Made by a program: the position numbers and the translations under genes. Positions 46,701 to 61,700 of a stretch of DNA of 64,000 nucleotides are shown here, piece by piece. The stretch lies in assembly GCF_964213995.1 (NCBI RefSeq), contig NC_135825.1:18290001-18354000 (forward strand), given 5' to 3'. The notes beneath the pieces were generated by a model. That model searched no databases and was not told where the DNA came from. It was given only the letters and a program-made list of their open reading frames with translations. Source of the stretch: Mustelus asterias. Its lineage: Eukaryota. The number at the start of each line of letters is the position of its first letter. Positions within the stretch are counted from its first letter, which is position 1.

Positions 46701-49700
46701 AGACACTGCATGACAAACTGATAATTATTGATGTCTAACTTCGAGAGTCAACACTGATAGACAATTAACTGTGCAGATATTGAAAACAAAGCCCAATTCT
46801 ATCCTCACATGATGACCAGATGCATGCGCTTTACGTCCGAAGTTACAGGACAAAATGAAAATACCAAGAACCTTTAACATTATCTCAGCTGGATTCAGCC
46901 AACTGGAGATTCAACGGAGGGCCTTCCAGGTCCAGATGTTTCAGCTGCTAACCAGTTAAACTTGCTGAATTAGCAAGTAAACACAAAACAATTCTCTTCA
47001 TAGAGTCCTGTGCAATGAACATGTTACTTACTGTCCAAGCTGAGGAACCTCATATCGCTGAGTAACGAAACCTGGTGCAGCAGAAACTGCAGCTGAAATC
47101 AGCATTCTGGATTTTCCAGAGCTTTTCGCCTCAGCTTCAAAAGCTGCCAACATTTCCTAGAAGTTAAAAATGAATAAAGTTTCTCTCAGCAACAAATTTT
47201 CACCAAATGGAGGGTTTCAAACACAAACTAAAGAATTGTCCAGCTTCATAATATGTAACCATGGCCAAGTGTCTTACAATAATTTATCTAACCTGACAGT
47301 AAAGTCAGAGGTAGGATCAGGTTTAAATGGAACCTAGACCAATAGCTCTTCCTGCACAGTAGCCAGAACAGTGATTAATGAGGATGCAATGAAATTATTT
47401 TCATTGTTTAAATGCATGTGTTTCACATTTAAAAATTCCATTTTCATGTTTCACAAATGCTACAAAACTGTCTTTTAAAACTAAGTTGATGAGCTTAATG
47501 ATCAGCCATGGTCTTATTGAATGGCCAACAGGCTGGAAGAAGTCAGTGTCTGTGCCTGTTCCAATGTTCCATATCCTTAGTGAGAACTTTGAGAGAAAAT
47601 TTAAATTTACAAAAAGAGTTGAATGATGCTTTATTTTAGCTACTAGACCAAGCATCCTGTTAAATAAATTTCCCCCTACCTTTACCAACAGAGTGAAATG
47701 AGGTTTGCTTCCTCCCACGGGAAATTCCCAGTCAATATCCAAACCATCAAACCCATAACCGCGCAGGAAGCCAATCACAGATGTGATGAAAATTTGGCGA
47801 GTTTCTGATGAGGAAGCCATTGCGGAGAACCTAGAGGAGAGTAGAATATTTAACAAAGTCAGAATTGGTGTAATTTAGTTTCAGTAATTACCATCTGCAC
47901 CTTTAAGAGCTCTGAATCATTTGCAATTTCAAAATATTCAAGGAAACCAATTACAATTTACTCAAAATGTAAGTTGTGTACTTATCAAAATCTATAGAAG
48001 AATTATTTCCAAATCTATCTATACTTTATATTATGAGCAAAAGGAATAGAAGCACTCTTCACCCACTACTGAAAGAAAATATTTTCATCTTACTTCTGAG
48101 TTCCAAAGTTCCAGCCTCCAATGGACAAGAGAGTCTTAAGGTTTCCATTTCTGTTGTAAGAATGAAGAAATTGTTTTTTTCAGTACAAGGAACATAAGCA
48201 AATGCATTTGTCAACACAACAGCACTGCTGAAAATCCTTATTGCCCTAATCTTTTGACTGCTTTCTCCCTTTGGTGCTAAATTTTAATTGAACAGAAATC
48301 CCACAGTGCAGAACAAACATCTCACAACACGATGAACCACAGAGAATAAGATTCATGCGGGGATGTCCCACAGTCCCACAAAAATAAAATATCTTTATTA
48401 TATTCTTTCAAGTAATGTGGGCATCACTGGTTATGCCAGCATTTGTTGGTTATTCCTAATTGCACGTGCAAAGATGGCAGTAGGAGGTCTTGTGGTACAA
48501 TGGGCTGTGTCCCTGCCTTTGAAACAGAAACTACAGGTTCAATTCCCACTCCAGGATCTGGTGACTGAGGCAAATGCATTCATAATGCAGGCAAATCTGG
48601 TTTGACCTTTTCCTGGCTGGGCTGGTGGACTGGGGCAATGCTCCTTGTCCTATCCGGTGTGGAGGACACAGCAATGGACATTAGGCCTGACTTCAGGCAG
48701 ATGCAGATGCTGGTAGTCATCCAACTTCTTGAACTGCTGCCATCTATCTGGTGCAGTAATTCTCCCAGCTCTGTTCGGAAGAGAATTCCAGAATTTTAAG
48801 GAGAAGGAACGGAGATCTAACTTCTCAGTTCAATCTCCCACCTCAAGGATCTTTGCCATGCTAAATGAATATTAGGTGTTAAAAGCAAAATACTGCAGAT
48901 GCTGGAATCTGAAATAAAAACAGAAAATGCTGGAGAGTCTCAGCAGGTTTGACCAATTCTGGGGAGGGAGAATAAAGCTAACGTTTCAAGTCTGGATCAT
49001 CCAGACTCAAAGCATTCACTCTATTCTCTCTCCACAGATGCTGTCAGACTTGCTGTGAATATAACACATTTTCTTGTTTATGTGGCTCCACATGGTGATA
49101 TCATGATTATGTCAGACATTGTTAGACCCATTGGGCATTGACTCATCTCTGCCAATGGGACACAAATCAACGTAACCCAGTTTCACCCATACATCAGCTA
49201 TCTGACTGGGTCAGTCATGTTAGATTACATATAATTTGGCATAATTTTTCAAAGTGCTACAAAATATAGTAAGGACCAAATATATTTAGCATTGCAGGTA
49301 GGTTCTCGATATTTATAAAATAATTATACTTGTTTTTAAGGCTGTTGAATGAGTGGTAGAGTTTCACATCGTTCACTTCAGTGGTGGTGATTTTATTGTC
49401 CTTCATCCCGGCGAAAGAGTAGATCAGATGTGTGCACAAGCAGGGATCCACATTCTCTGGCATGTACTTCCCCTCTCCTGGTCTGTACTGGGACCAGTTT
49501 GTAAAGTAACAAACCAGTCTGTAGGCAGAGCCTGAGAGTGAGGAGAAAGGAAGATCAGTACTGAGCCTCTACACATTAGATAAAATTCAAAATAGCTTGA
49601 AAAGCACAAAGACTCACCCAGTTCCAGGCACGCCAACAAGACCACCACTGTAATAAAGAATATAGGAAAAGTGTTAAAACTGTGATCAAAATATGCTGAA

Positions 49701-52700
49701 AGGTTTAAGGGTTCAGGACAATGTTATTATATGAGTGAATGGGAACCATTAAGAATCAATCCCTGGTCAAACTCTTCTCTTCACCTATTTGCTGCCCTTT
49801 GGTGAGATCTTCGACAATCACAGGGGTCCAGATCTACACATCCATTGATAATACCTAGCTCTACATCATCAATACCCTCCTCTCCTCTGCCTCTGTACGG
49901 TCAGATTATTTGCCCAACTATCAGTCTGGGATGACCCACAATTTTTTCCCGTTAGTCGTTACATAGAGACATATGAATTAGGAGGAGGAATAGGCAGACT
50001 CTGCTTCCACTGCCTTTTCAGGAAGAGAGTTCCAAAGATTTACAGGCCTCTGAGAGAAAACATTTCTCCTCATCTTGGTCTTAAATGAGCAATCCCTTAT
50101 TTTTAAACAGTGACCCTTTGTTCTCGATCCAACAAGAGAAAGCATCCTCTCCACCTCCACCCTGTCAATATCCCTCAGGGTTTAAAGATTTTGGTGAAGT
50201 CACCTCTCACTCTTCTCAACTCTTGTGGATAAAAAGCTAATCTATCCAACCTTTTCTCATAAAACAACCTATTCCTAGTAATAGTCTAATAAATCTCTGA
50301 ACTGCTTTGAACACATTTACATCTGCCCTTAAATAAGGAGACCAATACTGTAAACAATACTCCAGATGTGGTCTCACCATTGCCCTGTACAACCTCTCTA
50401 CTTTTGTAATCAATTTTCCTCACAGTAAGTGATAACATTTTATCAGCGTTCCTAATTATTTGCTGTGCCTGTATACTAGCCTTTTTGTGATTCATGCACT
50501 AGGACACCCAGATCCCTTTGCACCTCAGAGCTTTGCAAACTCTCACCATTTAGATAAGTTTATTTTTAATTCTCCCTGCCAAAATGGACAATTCCTCATT
50601 TAAATCATTTATGTTCCATTTGCCAGTGTTTTGTCCACTCACTCAACCCATGTCCCTTTGTGGCCTCCTTACATCATCTTAAAAATTTATTTTCCTACCT
50701 ATCTTTGTGTCATCAGCAAGTTTAGCAACCATACCATCAGTCTATTCATCCAACTCATTTATATTAATTGTAAAAAGTTGAGGTCCCAGCTCTGTGGCAC
50801 ACCACATGTCAGACAGAATTCATTATCTACAGTCCCTGTCGCCAACTTCACCACCAGTTCTTTCCTGTTTACTGTCTCAGACTGAACCAGGTTGCTCACC
50901 AGCTCATGTCCTATTCAGTGCCCAGTTGAGCTTCCAAACCTATATTGTCTGAATTGCAATGACAGCCTATTTTTCACCTCAATAACACGGTCCAACCTCT
51001 CCCCTATCTCAGCCCATCTTCAGCAAAAAGCATTATGTACAATTTTGTCATTTCCAAGATCAGTAAGGTAGTAATTAGACCAGTCCATCTCGGAGTTGGG
51101 CCTTGGGCTTTATCTATATCGTTTGGATGAGCTGTCAGGTTCAGTCCTGACTCCACAGCTCATTCACCCCACAGGAGAAACACATTTTGGGCAATGAGGG
51201 AGGGACGGGGGTGCATCTCCTAGTGTGTGATGTTTGGGGCAGGACCTCCTAGTTCTACAGAAATTGAGTGATTTTCTACATTAAAAGCATTATACAGATG
51301 TGACTTATTCTTGCTTTAGTTTATATCCTCTGAATCATTCCTCTACCTCAGATATCAACTTTTCAATTCTTTAATTCTGATTCTAAGTATTAATGTAAAA
51401 CAGTTCAAATGTTAAAGACTGCAAAATTTTCTTTCAAGTTGCTGTGCAACTGATTGTTTAACAGATCAGCTATATTAAACTCTGCAGATGGATCGATTTT
51501 CAAATCCATCTGAAAATATTAAAATGCTACCAAGATGCTCATAAACTTGAAATATCCTGCACTGTAATTGAGCTCACTCAAATTTGTCTGAGAACAAAAT
51601 AACAGTATAATTACAAAGTAGAAAGAATATAGCCAAATAGTTGATGCTATTTGATTATCCATGGAAATATTTCAGTCAAATGAAGAGAAATTGAAATGCC
51701 AAACAACTTTCTGACTGCACCCTTGCAAAGGAAATGTTCTGGGGCAGATCACCCATTAACAATGTGGTTGTATGGCATTCCTTTGCTAATTTAACCACTT
51801 AATGATAAATAGATTACATTGCTAAAAATGCCATACAAAGTAATTCCTCACATTTCTACCACTTATCGCTCGCTATAATCTAATTTTATTTTCATTAACT
51901 TCACTGTAAGTTAGAAATGGAATTGGGTAAACCTGGAACCATCACATTTGGACTTTGATGTTATTTTGCATGACTACACAAACATTCAGATGCATGTTAC
52001 TTTCAAAAAGCATTTAGTGGGGGAACAGCAGGTGGGAGAATCCAAAAGGTTGTTGGATTTGAACAAAACATGCACCTGTCAGCAGGCTACCCAACAATAA
52101 GTCATCTTCAAGTAATGCAGCAAATAATCCACTCCTTTATAATTAGGCTTGAACTTGAGAAGGGAATCTCCTCTTTCTTCTATTCCCCATTTAATTCCCA
52201 AGGCTCCACTTACAAAACTGATCTTTCAGTATTCTTAAGTGGCAGAATGTCTCCATTCTCTTTCCACCCCTCAGTTGATCACAACAGGTGTTCTTAAAGA
52301 ATCTTCTTGTCAATTCAATAAATTTTTAACTGTTGAAGTGCTGTGGCTGTGAAATGCACACGTAGACAGGTTTTCCTCTTCGCTTTATAAGAAAAGCAAA
52401 GAATATTTATTGTAGTTTTGCAGCATGTATTCTACACCGGTCTAAATGAAATCATAGGTACACTCCAAGTTATATGCGCACATGGACTGAGATTTTCCAG
52501 TTCCACACGTGTGGAATCCATCACAAACCAGACTGAAAAATTAGTGAGGCAGCCACATGTCCATTGACTTTTGGCAGGAATTTTCCAACAGGCACGCTTC
52601 ATTAGCTGGGATTTTCCAATTCCTGGTTTCATCAGGCAGGTTTGACGATGGGCATGAAAAATTTCATGAGTATCCCAAAGTCATGGGGTGGAGTTTTCTC

Positions 52701-55700
52701 ATTTTCCTGCACAGTAGCACAACAGATAGGTATAACAGGGTGGAAGCCGCCACCCCCAAGGATGGCTTCCTGTACCATATTTTTAGCCACTTAGGCAAAA
52801 AGAAAGTTAAGGGGCTGGTCCCACCATGTCATGCTGGCGGGACCCATCAGCCACCTAAGTTTATAAAAGATTGGGACATCCTGATCTTAAAAAATTGAAA
52901 TAGAAACTCCCGGCCATGCAGCCCGCTCCCATCAATGAACTCACACACTTCCCACCCCGTCCACCCCCTCCCAATCATACAAAGGATGCAGTGAGTGAGA
53001 ATTGTATTTATTTGTGGTGAACACTGTCTACAAGTACTTAACATCCATGCCCACACTATGCAAATAGAGCTTCTTAACCTGTTCAACCCGGCCGCTACAT
53101 TTTGGTGCATCCCCAATATTCAAAGCGGAGGTAGAGGCGGCCTGCTGTCTGCCATGCCCTGCTGTCTGATATGATCTTGCCGCGTGGCAGTGCCACCCTC
53201 TTGGCCTGTGCAGCTTGAGCTGAGGCAGTTACAGGGAGAGGGGGTTCAGATGGATGGGATACTCCTGGAGTCGCCTGAGTGGATGGTCCCGGGGTTGTAC
53301 GCCAGCTTCTCCTTGTCTCTTTGGCTGCCTGAGGACTTCTGACTTCTTTCATGGGCTAGAGGGACAGCTGGAGTGAGCTCAGAAAGCCAACCATGGTGTG
53401 CCTCTGCGTTGTGGAGGGTGTGGGTGAAAGCTATGATGTTTCTTCAATCTCTACATCAAGGCAATCATCTGTGGTGGTCTCAGAACTGTCTTGGACCTGG
53501 CTAGTGCACTTCTCGAGTTGCTTCCCAAATGCGCCTGTAAAGAAGAGAGACTTAATTCGTGCTTGGCAGAGGTCTTTAGAAACAGGAGATATGACTCACA
53601 TCAGTGTTGTGTGATGTATGATGCTGTGCTGGATCCTCACTTGGTTTATCGCCACGTCCCTCACCATCAGAGTGGTCAGTTTCCACTTCAGCCAACTGGA
53701 GGGCATTTTCATTGAAGATCGTGGGGGATTTTATCTCAGGCATCCCTCCACCCATCTGAGATTTCTCATAAAAACTCTACAGTGCAGAAGAAGGCCATTC
53801 AGCCCATCAAGTCTGCACCAACTCTCCGATAGAGCATCTTTCCCAGGCCCACCCCCCCCCCCCATCCCTGTAACCCCACGCATTATTAACTCCACTAATC
53901 CCCTAACCTGCACATCTTCAAACACTAAGGGGCAATTTAGCATGGCCACTCCACCTAACCTGCATATCTTCACACTGTGGAAGGAAACTGGAGCACCACA
54001 AGAAAACCCACACAGACACGGGGAGAATGTGTAAACTTCACACAGTCACCCAAGCCGGGAATTGAACTCAGGTCCTTGGAGCTGTGAGGCAGCAATGCTG
54101 ACCACTGTGCCACCGTGCCACCCATCATGATTTTCAAATCCTTCCATGGCCTCACCCCTCCCTATCTCTGTGATTTCTCCCTGCCCCACAGCCCCCTGAG
54201 ATTGCTGCACTCTCATTCTGACCGATTCCTGATTTCAATTTCTCCACCATTAGTGCCTGTCCTCTTAACTGCCTGGAACCTAAACCCTGGAATTCCTTCC
54301 CAAAATCTCTGTGCCTTTCCTCTAATGGCCCAATTTCAGGCACTATCCTAAAACCTACCTCTTTGACCAAGCTTTTGGTCATCTGCCCTAATACCTCATG
54401 CCACGGTTTGTTTTGCAATGCTCCAGTGAGATGTTAAAGGGACTCTACCAATGCAGGTTGTTGTTGCAGCACTCCATCTGTTCCATCTTAAACTACATTT
54501 TCAATGTTACTAGTATTTAATGGCAGGAATGTTCATTCTCGGTGTGCTTTTATTTGCGGAATTTATTAGAAAGCTTAATTTCACAGAAATGTTCAAGGCT
54601 GGAATGGAACCCAGGTCCCTGGCACTGTGAGATAGCATTGCTAACCACTGTGCCACCGTGCCGCTCTCTTGTTGAGAGCCAACTTGTCCTGCATGAAAAT
54701 AGATAGACAGAGTGTAAGCAGGACACGTGTCAGGGCAGATGATGAGAATGCCTGGCATGTGTGGATGGTGAGTGGGAGCAGTGAGGTGATGAGTTCACAG
54801 AGGGAGATGAAGATTTGCATGGGAGAGCGAGTGGCTGTGTCCCTTGAGCTGGGCGGTGAGTGACCCCCCTGTGTATGTCTAATGGGTATGAGAGTGCATG
54901 AGATGAGAGTGTTGGGAGAAATCACTTATCCTGGCAGAACGGAGATCATTCATGCTTTTGTAGCAATGGATCCTTGCCCCCCTCTGCAGGGAGTTGGTGA
55001 TGGCTACCACTGCCTCTGTGCTGGCTTATTGTTCCGGCTCGATGGTCTCCTCCCTGTGCGGAGGTACAGGATGTTATGTCATCCCTCCACTACATCCAGC
55101 AGTCTGCAGAGGGTGGCATCAGAAAAATCAGAAAACTTGGGTGCAGCCTCCCTTCCAGCCATCAGCTGACACCCTGACCAAAATGAAGTGGTTGGTGAGC
55201 GTCGGGGCAGTCGTTAATGTAGCACCCCCATCATTAACATGCTAAGGTAATGGCAGGACAGGCGAATCAGAAGGCACCCACTCGCGAACCAGCATGAATC
55301 CCATGGGCTCAAATTGTTATTTCTATGTGCCATACATTACAGCGAGAATATTAACCATAACCATTGGGTTGACACCGCTTTTCCTGCCCACCATCGGTCC
55401 TTGTCAATTTCCAGCAAAATTCCGCCCTTAGACACAGAAGTACATTACAATGTGGAAGTGTAAGTTAAATAGTTTAAGAATCCAATACCGTCAATTAAAT
55501 ATGGCTGCTGCAGATTGATGGGTTGGGTGGTTTCAGACTGGGCTTGATTGTCTTTCCAGATTCTGTATCAAGACAATTTAAACTTGGAGGTTTCCTGTCT
55601 TTTTTCTGGAACTTCTGGAGTCAGCAGTTACTGCATTAATATTTAAGATTCTGCCTGAGATTTGTGGTTGATCCAAAGACAAGCTTGCAGAACAGCTGGA

Positions 55701-58700
55701 GGTAGAGAGACAGCACCAACTGACCATCCTTCTAGTCTCACTCTGTACTGATCTGGAACAAAGTAGTTTCCTTAAACACATGAACCCTTCTCACAAGTTG
55801 TTGCGTTTCTCAAACGTGGTCACAGGAAGCTGGTTTCAAGTCCACTGTTTAAAAATGATTTCAATATAAGGCCAATGGCATTCCTTTCTCAGCCACAGCC
55901 ATTGGCCAAAGTGATTGAACCTAATGGCTTGGTCCACAACCAGCTGAATCCATTGGTTATGTCTGGATGTTTTATGAATGGTTTAGGAGATGAGTCCTCT
56001 GAGGAATCCTCTGGCCGTTCATGCCCCACCGCTGCTGCTGGCGAGGACGGGGAATTTGGTGCTCAGCCACAGAATCCCACTGGTGTGAATGGCCGGAGAA
56101 AATCGTCCACACTGATTGAAGGTGGTTATCTCTAGTGGGCCACTTCTAGACATTTTGGCGCCTTGCTAATGGCTTTGTAATTTGTAGGGTACAGCTAGAG
56201 AACCACAGAAAAGTCATGCACTGAAAGCAGCCAATCAGTCCATCATGTCAGTGCTAGGCAAAAAATAAAAAGCTAGCCTCCCATTCTTATCCCATCTTCC
56301 AGCACTTTGTCCATGATCTGCAGGTTTCAGCACTTTGGGTGCAGATCCAGGTACCTTTCAATGAGTTGAGGGTCTTAACCACCGAATCAGACAATGAATT
56401 CCAAACACGCACCACACTCTGGGTAAAGGAGTTTACCTCATGTCCACTCTAAACCTTTTACCACTCACTTTAAATCTGTGCCTCCTGATAATTGACCTCT
56501 CTGCTAGGGGAAGTAGGACATCCTTGTCTACTCTATATGGACAGGTCATAATTTTGTACATCTCAATCAGCTTACCCCTCAGCCTCCTCAGTTCTAAGGA
56601 AAACAATCCCAACCTAACTAAACTTTCTTCATAACTGCAGTTTTCAAACCCTGGCAACATTCTTGTAAATCTCCTCTGTACTCTCCCCAGAGCAATTGTG
56701 TCCTTCCTGTAATGTGGTGACTAGAACATTACACAAAATTCTAGCAGTGGCCTAGGCAACTGTTTATACAATTCCAGTGTTACATCCCTGCTTTTGTATT
56801 CTATACCTTGCCCAGTAAGGGAAAGCATTCCATATGCTTTCTTGAACCACCTTGTCCACCTGTCCTGCCACCTTCAGGGACTTGTGGACATGTACTCTAA
56901 GGTCGCTCACTTCCTCAACCTCTCTCAATATCTTCCCATTTATTGAATATTCCCTTGCTTTGTTTAGCCTCCCCAAATATATTACATATGATTTTTTCTG
57001 GATTGAATTCCACTTCCCACTTCTCTGCCACTCAACTAAACCATTGATCTCATTCTGGAATCGACAATTATCCTTTTCACTGTACAACCAGTTTTCGTGT
57101 CATCGACAAATGTCCCAATCATGACATCAAAATATACAACAAGCAACAATGGCACCAACACTGAGCCCAATGAAATACCACTGGAAACCACCTATCAGCA
57201 ATTACCCTTAGTTTCCTGTTGCTGAGCCAATTTTGGACCCAATTTGCCACTTCCCTTATATCCCATGGGCTTTTATTTTTCTGACCAGCTTGCCATGTGG
57301 GACCTTGTCAAGTGCCTTATTGAAATCCAGGTAGACTGCATCCACTGCACTACCTTCATCAATCTGAGGATTGGAAATGATCCTCAGAGCATCTATTATT
57401 TCCTCCTCGGCTTTCTTTAAGAAATTGAGATACAATCCATTCAGTCCTGATGATTTATCCACCTTCAAGTTTGTCAGGTCCTCCATTACTTGCTCCCTCA
57501 CTATGCTTATTGTATCTAATATTCTATACTCCTCCTCTTTAACTAGAATGTCTGCATCAGTCCTCTCCTGAAGACAGAAACAAAATACTTATTGAGAACC
57601 CTACCCACATCTACAGCAACAGTGCACGAGTTACCATGTACATCTCTCATAGGCCCTATCCTTTCCTTAGTTATTCTCTTGCTGTTAATGTACTGGTAAA
57701 ACATCTTTGGGTTTACTTTGATTTTACCTGCCAATTTTTTTGTACCCTATCTTTGCTTTCCTACTTTCCATTTTTTATTGACCCTGTACATTCTACACTT
57801 AAGTTTTTTGCGGCTATCATAAGCCTTCTGCTTTATCTTATTTTGTATGCATCTATATAACAGGAGGCTCCAGATTTAGCAATACCATCCTGTCTTTGTG
57901 CGGACAGGTCTACACTGTGCCCGTAGAATCTTGCCTTTGAATGTCTCCCAGTGGTCTGTCACTGCTTTCCCTTCAAGTAGCTGCAGCCAGTCCACATTCA
58001 CAAGATCATCTCTCAGCTTTGTAAAATTTGTCTTCCCCCAATTTAGAAATTTTACTCCTGTTCTGACCTTACCTTTTATAATATTGATGCTAAATCTAAC
58101 CATTATGCTCACTATTTTCAAAATGGTCCTCCGTTGCTACTTCATCCACTTGCCCAGCTTCATTTCTTAAAACTAAGTCTAGAATTGTGTTCCTTCTCAT
58201 TGGGCTTGTTTCGTGCTGGCTGAAAAAATTCTCTTGAAAGCAGTTCAAGAATTTCATGCCCTCTGTGCCCTTCACACTATTTGTATCCCAACTGATATTA
58301 TGATAGTTGAAGTACCCAACTATTATTGTTTTTGCACTCAGAACTTTGCCTACATGTTTGCTCTTCCATATCCCTCTCACCATTTGGAGGCCAACAGATG
58401 TTTTTTATGAATGGAAAATGATTTCCAGTGGTGTTCCATGGGGCTCCGTATTGGGGCCATTGTTGTTTGTTGTATATATAGGTGCCATGATTGGGAAATT
58501 TGGAGATTTGATACGAAAATTGGCCATGGAGTGAAAAGTGTCCCAGTAGTGTGGTTGCCCCTTTTTTATTTCTGAGCTCAACACATAAGGTCTCAGTCGA
58601 TTCATTTAACATATCATCCCTCCTTACGGAAGTAATTGATTCTCTTTTTTAAAGTTTAAGTTTTTAAAAATTTGATATAAGTAATAATCCTACCAATTTT

Positions 58701-61700
58701 CGTGCCATCCACTTCTTGATCATACTCCCTACATTTAAGTCCAAGTCATTAATGTATACCACAAATAGCAAAGGTCGTAACACCAAACTCTACAAAACCT
58801 CACTGAAGAAAGACTTCCAGTCACAGAAACATTCCTCTACCATCACCCTCTGCTTCCTTGTCTCAGCCAATTTTGGATCCAATGTATCACTTTTCCTTTG
58901 ATCCCATAGCCCATACTTTCTTGACCTGTCTGCCATGAGCGACCAAATTAAAAGCCTTGCTAAAGTCCATATGAACCAGATCAAATGCACTATTCTCATC
59001 AACACTCCTGGCTCCCTCCTCAAAAAAATGATGAAATTAGTTAAACATGATCTTCCCTTCACAAGTCCATGCTAACTAACCCTGATTAATCTCTGCCTAT
59101 CGAAATGTAAATATATTCTGTCCCTCAGAATTCTTTCTAGTAATTTAGTTGGGACATTTCTAACTCAAAAGGCATAACTCAAGATTGGAATAAGCTCTCT
59201 GGCATGTCAAAAACTAAGGCCTTTTCAGCTTGAGTGCTGAAGGAAGCTTGCCAATATCCTTTTAACAAGTCTAACTTAGTGACATAAGTGAAGATTTTTA
59301 GTCCGTCAATACAGTCCTCCAGGTCAGATATCAAGTATAAGTCTGCTCTATATTAAACTTTTCTGTAATCAGTGCAGAGCCTTGTTGAGACATTGGACTT
59401 TGGCACAAGAAAAATCAGAAAACTCAATCTGCTGTGGCTCATCTCCATCAGGAAGCTTCTATTTAATTTCTTTCTGAACTTTTGCCAATTTTGCAGAACT
59501 TAAGCAATAGGGACTTTGTTTTAGAGTTATAGAATCATAGAAGTTTACATCATGGAAACAGGCCCTTCAGCCCAACTTGTCCATGCTGTCCTTTATTTAC
59601 CACTGAGCTAGTCCCAATTGCCCGTGTTTGGCCATATCCCTCTATACCCATCTTACCCATGTAACTGTCTAAATGCTTTTTAAAAGACAAAATTGTACCC
59701 ACCCCTACTACTACCTCTGGCAGCTTGTTCCAGACATTCATCACCCTCTGTGTAAAAGAATTGCCCCTCTGGACCCTTTTGTATTTCTCCCCTCGCACCT
59801 TAAACCTATGCCCTCTAGTTTTAGACTCTACTTTTGGTAAAAGGTGTTGACTATCTCGCTGATCTATGCCCCTTATTATTTTATAGACCTCTATAAGATC
59901 ATCTTGGGAGGTGTTGCTCTTACATCTGCATTGTGTAGAGCAGGTGTTATATATGTTGGGGTGTAGTCCCTTTAAGGGTGACCCGGGGTGTGGTGTGATC
60001 TGCCCAGGAACAACCCTGAGAGGGCAGTTGTGATTTGGAGTGTGGAGCGAGTAAGACTGCAATAAATACCTGTCTTCCCTGACATCTGTCTGTGAAGTGA
60101 GTTCTTCAGGGTACTCCTCAGCAGTAAAAAATTTAACAGCAGGGTCCTGCATCCTGGCCTAGATCTTTTTAAACAATGAAATCATCTCTGTTAAGTCACC
60201 TCTCTCTTCTGTGTCTAAGTAACACAGCATCGTGCCCAGCCTCCCTAACATTTCAGTGCTGGTGAACTGTCAGGATTTTGATTTGATTTATTATTGTCAC
60301 ATGTATTGGGATACAGTGAAAAGTATTGTTTCTTGCACGCGATACAGACAAAACATATTGTTCATAGAGTGCATAGGGGAGAAGGAAAGGAGAGGGTGCA
60401 AAATGTAGTGTTACAGTCATAGCTAGGGTGAAGAGAAAGATCAGAAGAGATTTAAAGAAAGCATTATTAGGAAGTCTAAAGGAGTTAGAGTTAAGTTTTA
60501 TGAGCATTGATTTAGAGGGTATGCTGGGGCCAGCTCACAAGAAGTCACCACACTCTGACGCCATCTTCCGCATTTTTTCTGCACAGTTGGGGGTTCAAAT
60601 TGGTAATAGTTCAGGCTTTCTTCTCCCACTCTTCCACTTGCCTGCTCTTTCCTCACTCTCTGGCATAGCTGTGCATGTATGTCCTCTTCCCGGTTCTAAT
60701 ACCACTCTAACATCCTTTGTTTTTTCCTATGGTCTAGAGTTAAACAGAACAATTCACTTCTTCAATGAGTGGGAATGGAGGGATACAAAAGAATGGTCTA
60801 GTTTGGACCAGGGAGTGGCGTGGGCTTGGAGGGCCGAAGGGCCTGTTCCTAAGCTGTATTGTTCTCTGTTCTTTGTTCTTTGTTCAATCCTGTTTGCTAC
60901 ACTTATGCCGTTTGTTTTTTTTTAGGATAAAGTCATGTCCATCCATTGGAATTTCATGGGAAATCCTCAATATTTCCCTAGAGTATCTCAGAGGCATTAT
61001 TACATGGTGGACCACAGTCAAGTCTTCAGCCACAGCCAATGAGGCTGTCTCCAATTCCTCAAGAGAAGTACATCCTTTAAGTAGCAGTACTCCTGAACCG
61101 TCTCTGCATCAGATTCAGCTGGGGCATTCTGTGCTAACTTTTTCAACAAGGCTGTTGGCTTATAGGGCCTTGTCCAAGGAAAACAGCTTATGAATCCTTT
61201 ATTTAGAGCCTGTCTTGTCAGCTGTGCTTTCTGTCAAGTCCCTTTTGCATGTACCAATCTGATGTACCCTGACAAAACATACACATTTTCCATTTAATTT
61301 CCAGTTTGGAGATGGTCTGCTTTGTTACAATGGAAGCACACAGGGTTGTCAGTCATCGCTGCTGTTCACAGCACCTTCCTTTTCAGTATGAGGAGGGCCC
61401 CCTGTGTTCCCATTTCTACTTTCTGACCTATGGCAGCTTATTCTCCCGTCACTCTCTCATCTTCTGTCCGTTTTGGGATTTTGGATGTGATTATGGAAGA
61501 AATCCGCTTGGGAAAAGTGTTTGTGGACATGCTCATAGTCAGCCACAATCACTGCTTGATTGACTTTGGAGACACTTTGCTCTTCAACATGTGGGACAAG
61601 TATCCCACCCAGGTCCTATACAAAGATAGGGTCTTCGTGGGATTGTGGTTGTTGCAGGCTCAATGGGCCAAATGGCCTTTTTCTGCACTGTAGGGATTCT

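Noticed and set aside
26042-47830. Possibility that the genes are inactive chi-lectins or pseudogenes
   Set aside because: DxDxE is intact in both, all exons are in frame and all splice sites are canonical.
59550-60152. 200-aa minus-strand ORF
   Set aside because: Chimeric read-through from the solo LTR into a CR1 3' fragment.
60270-60445. Short repeat-like insert (atttgatttattattgtcac...)
   Set aside because: Probably a LINE or SINE tail on the minus strand, but the family could not be assigned.
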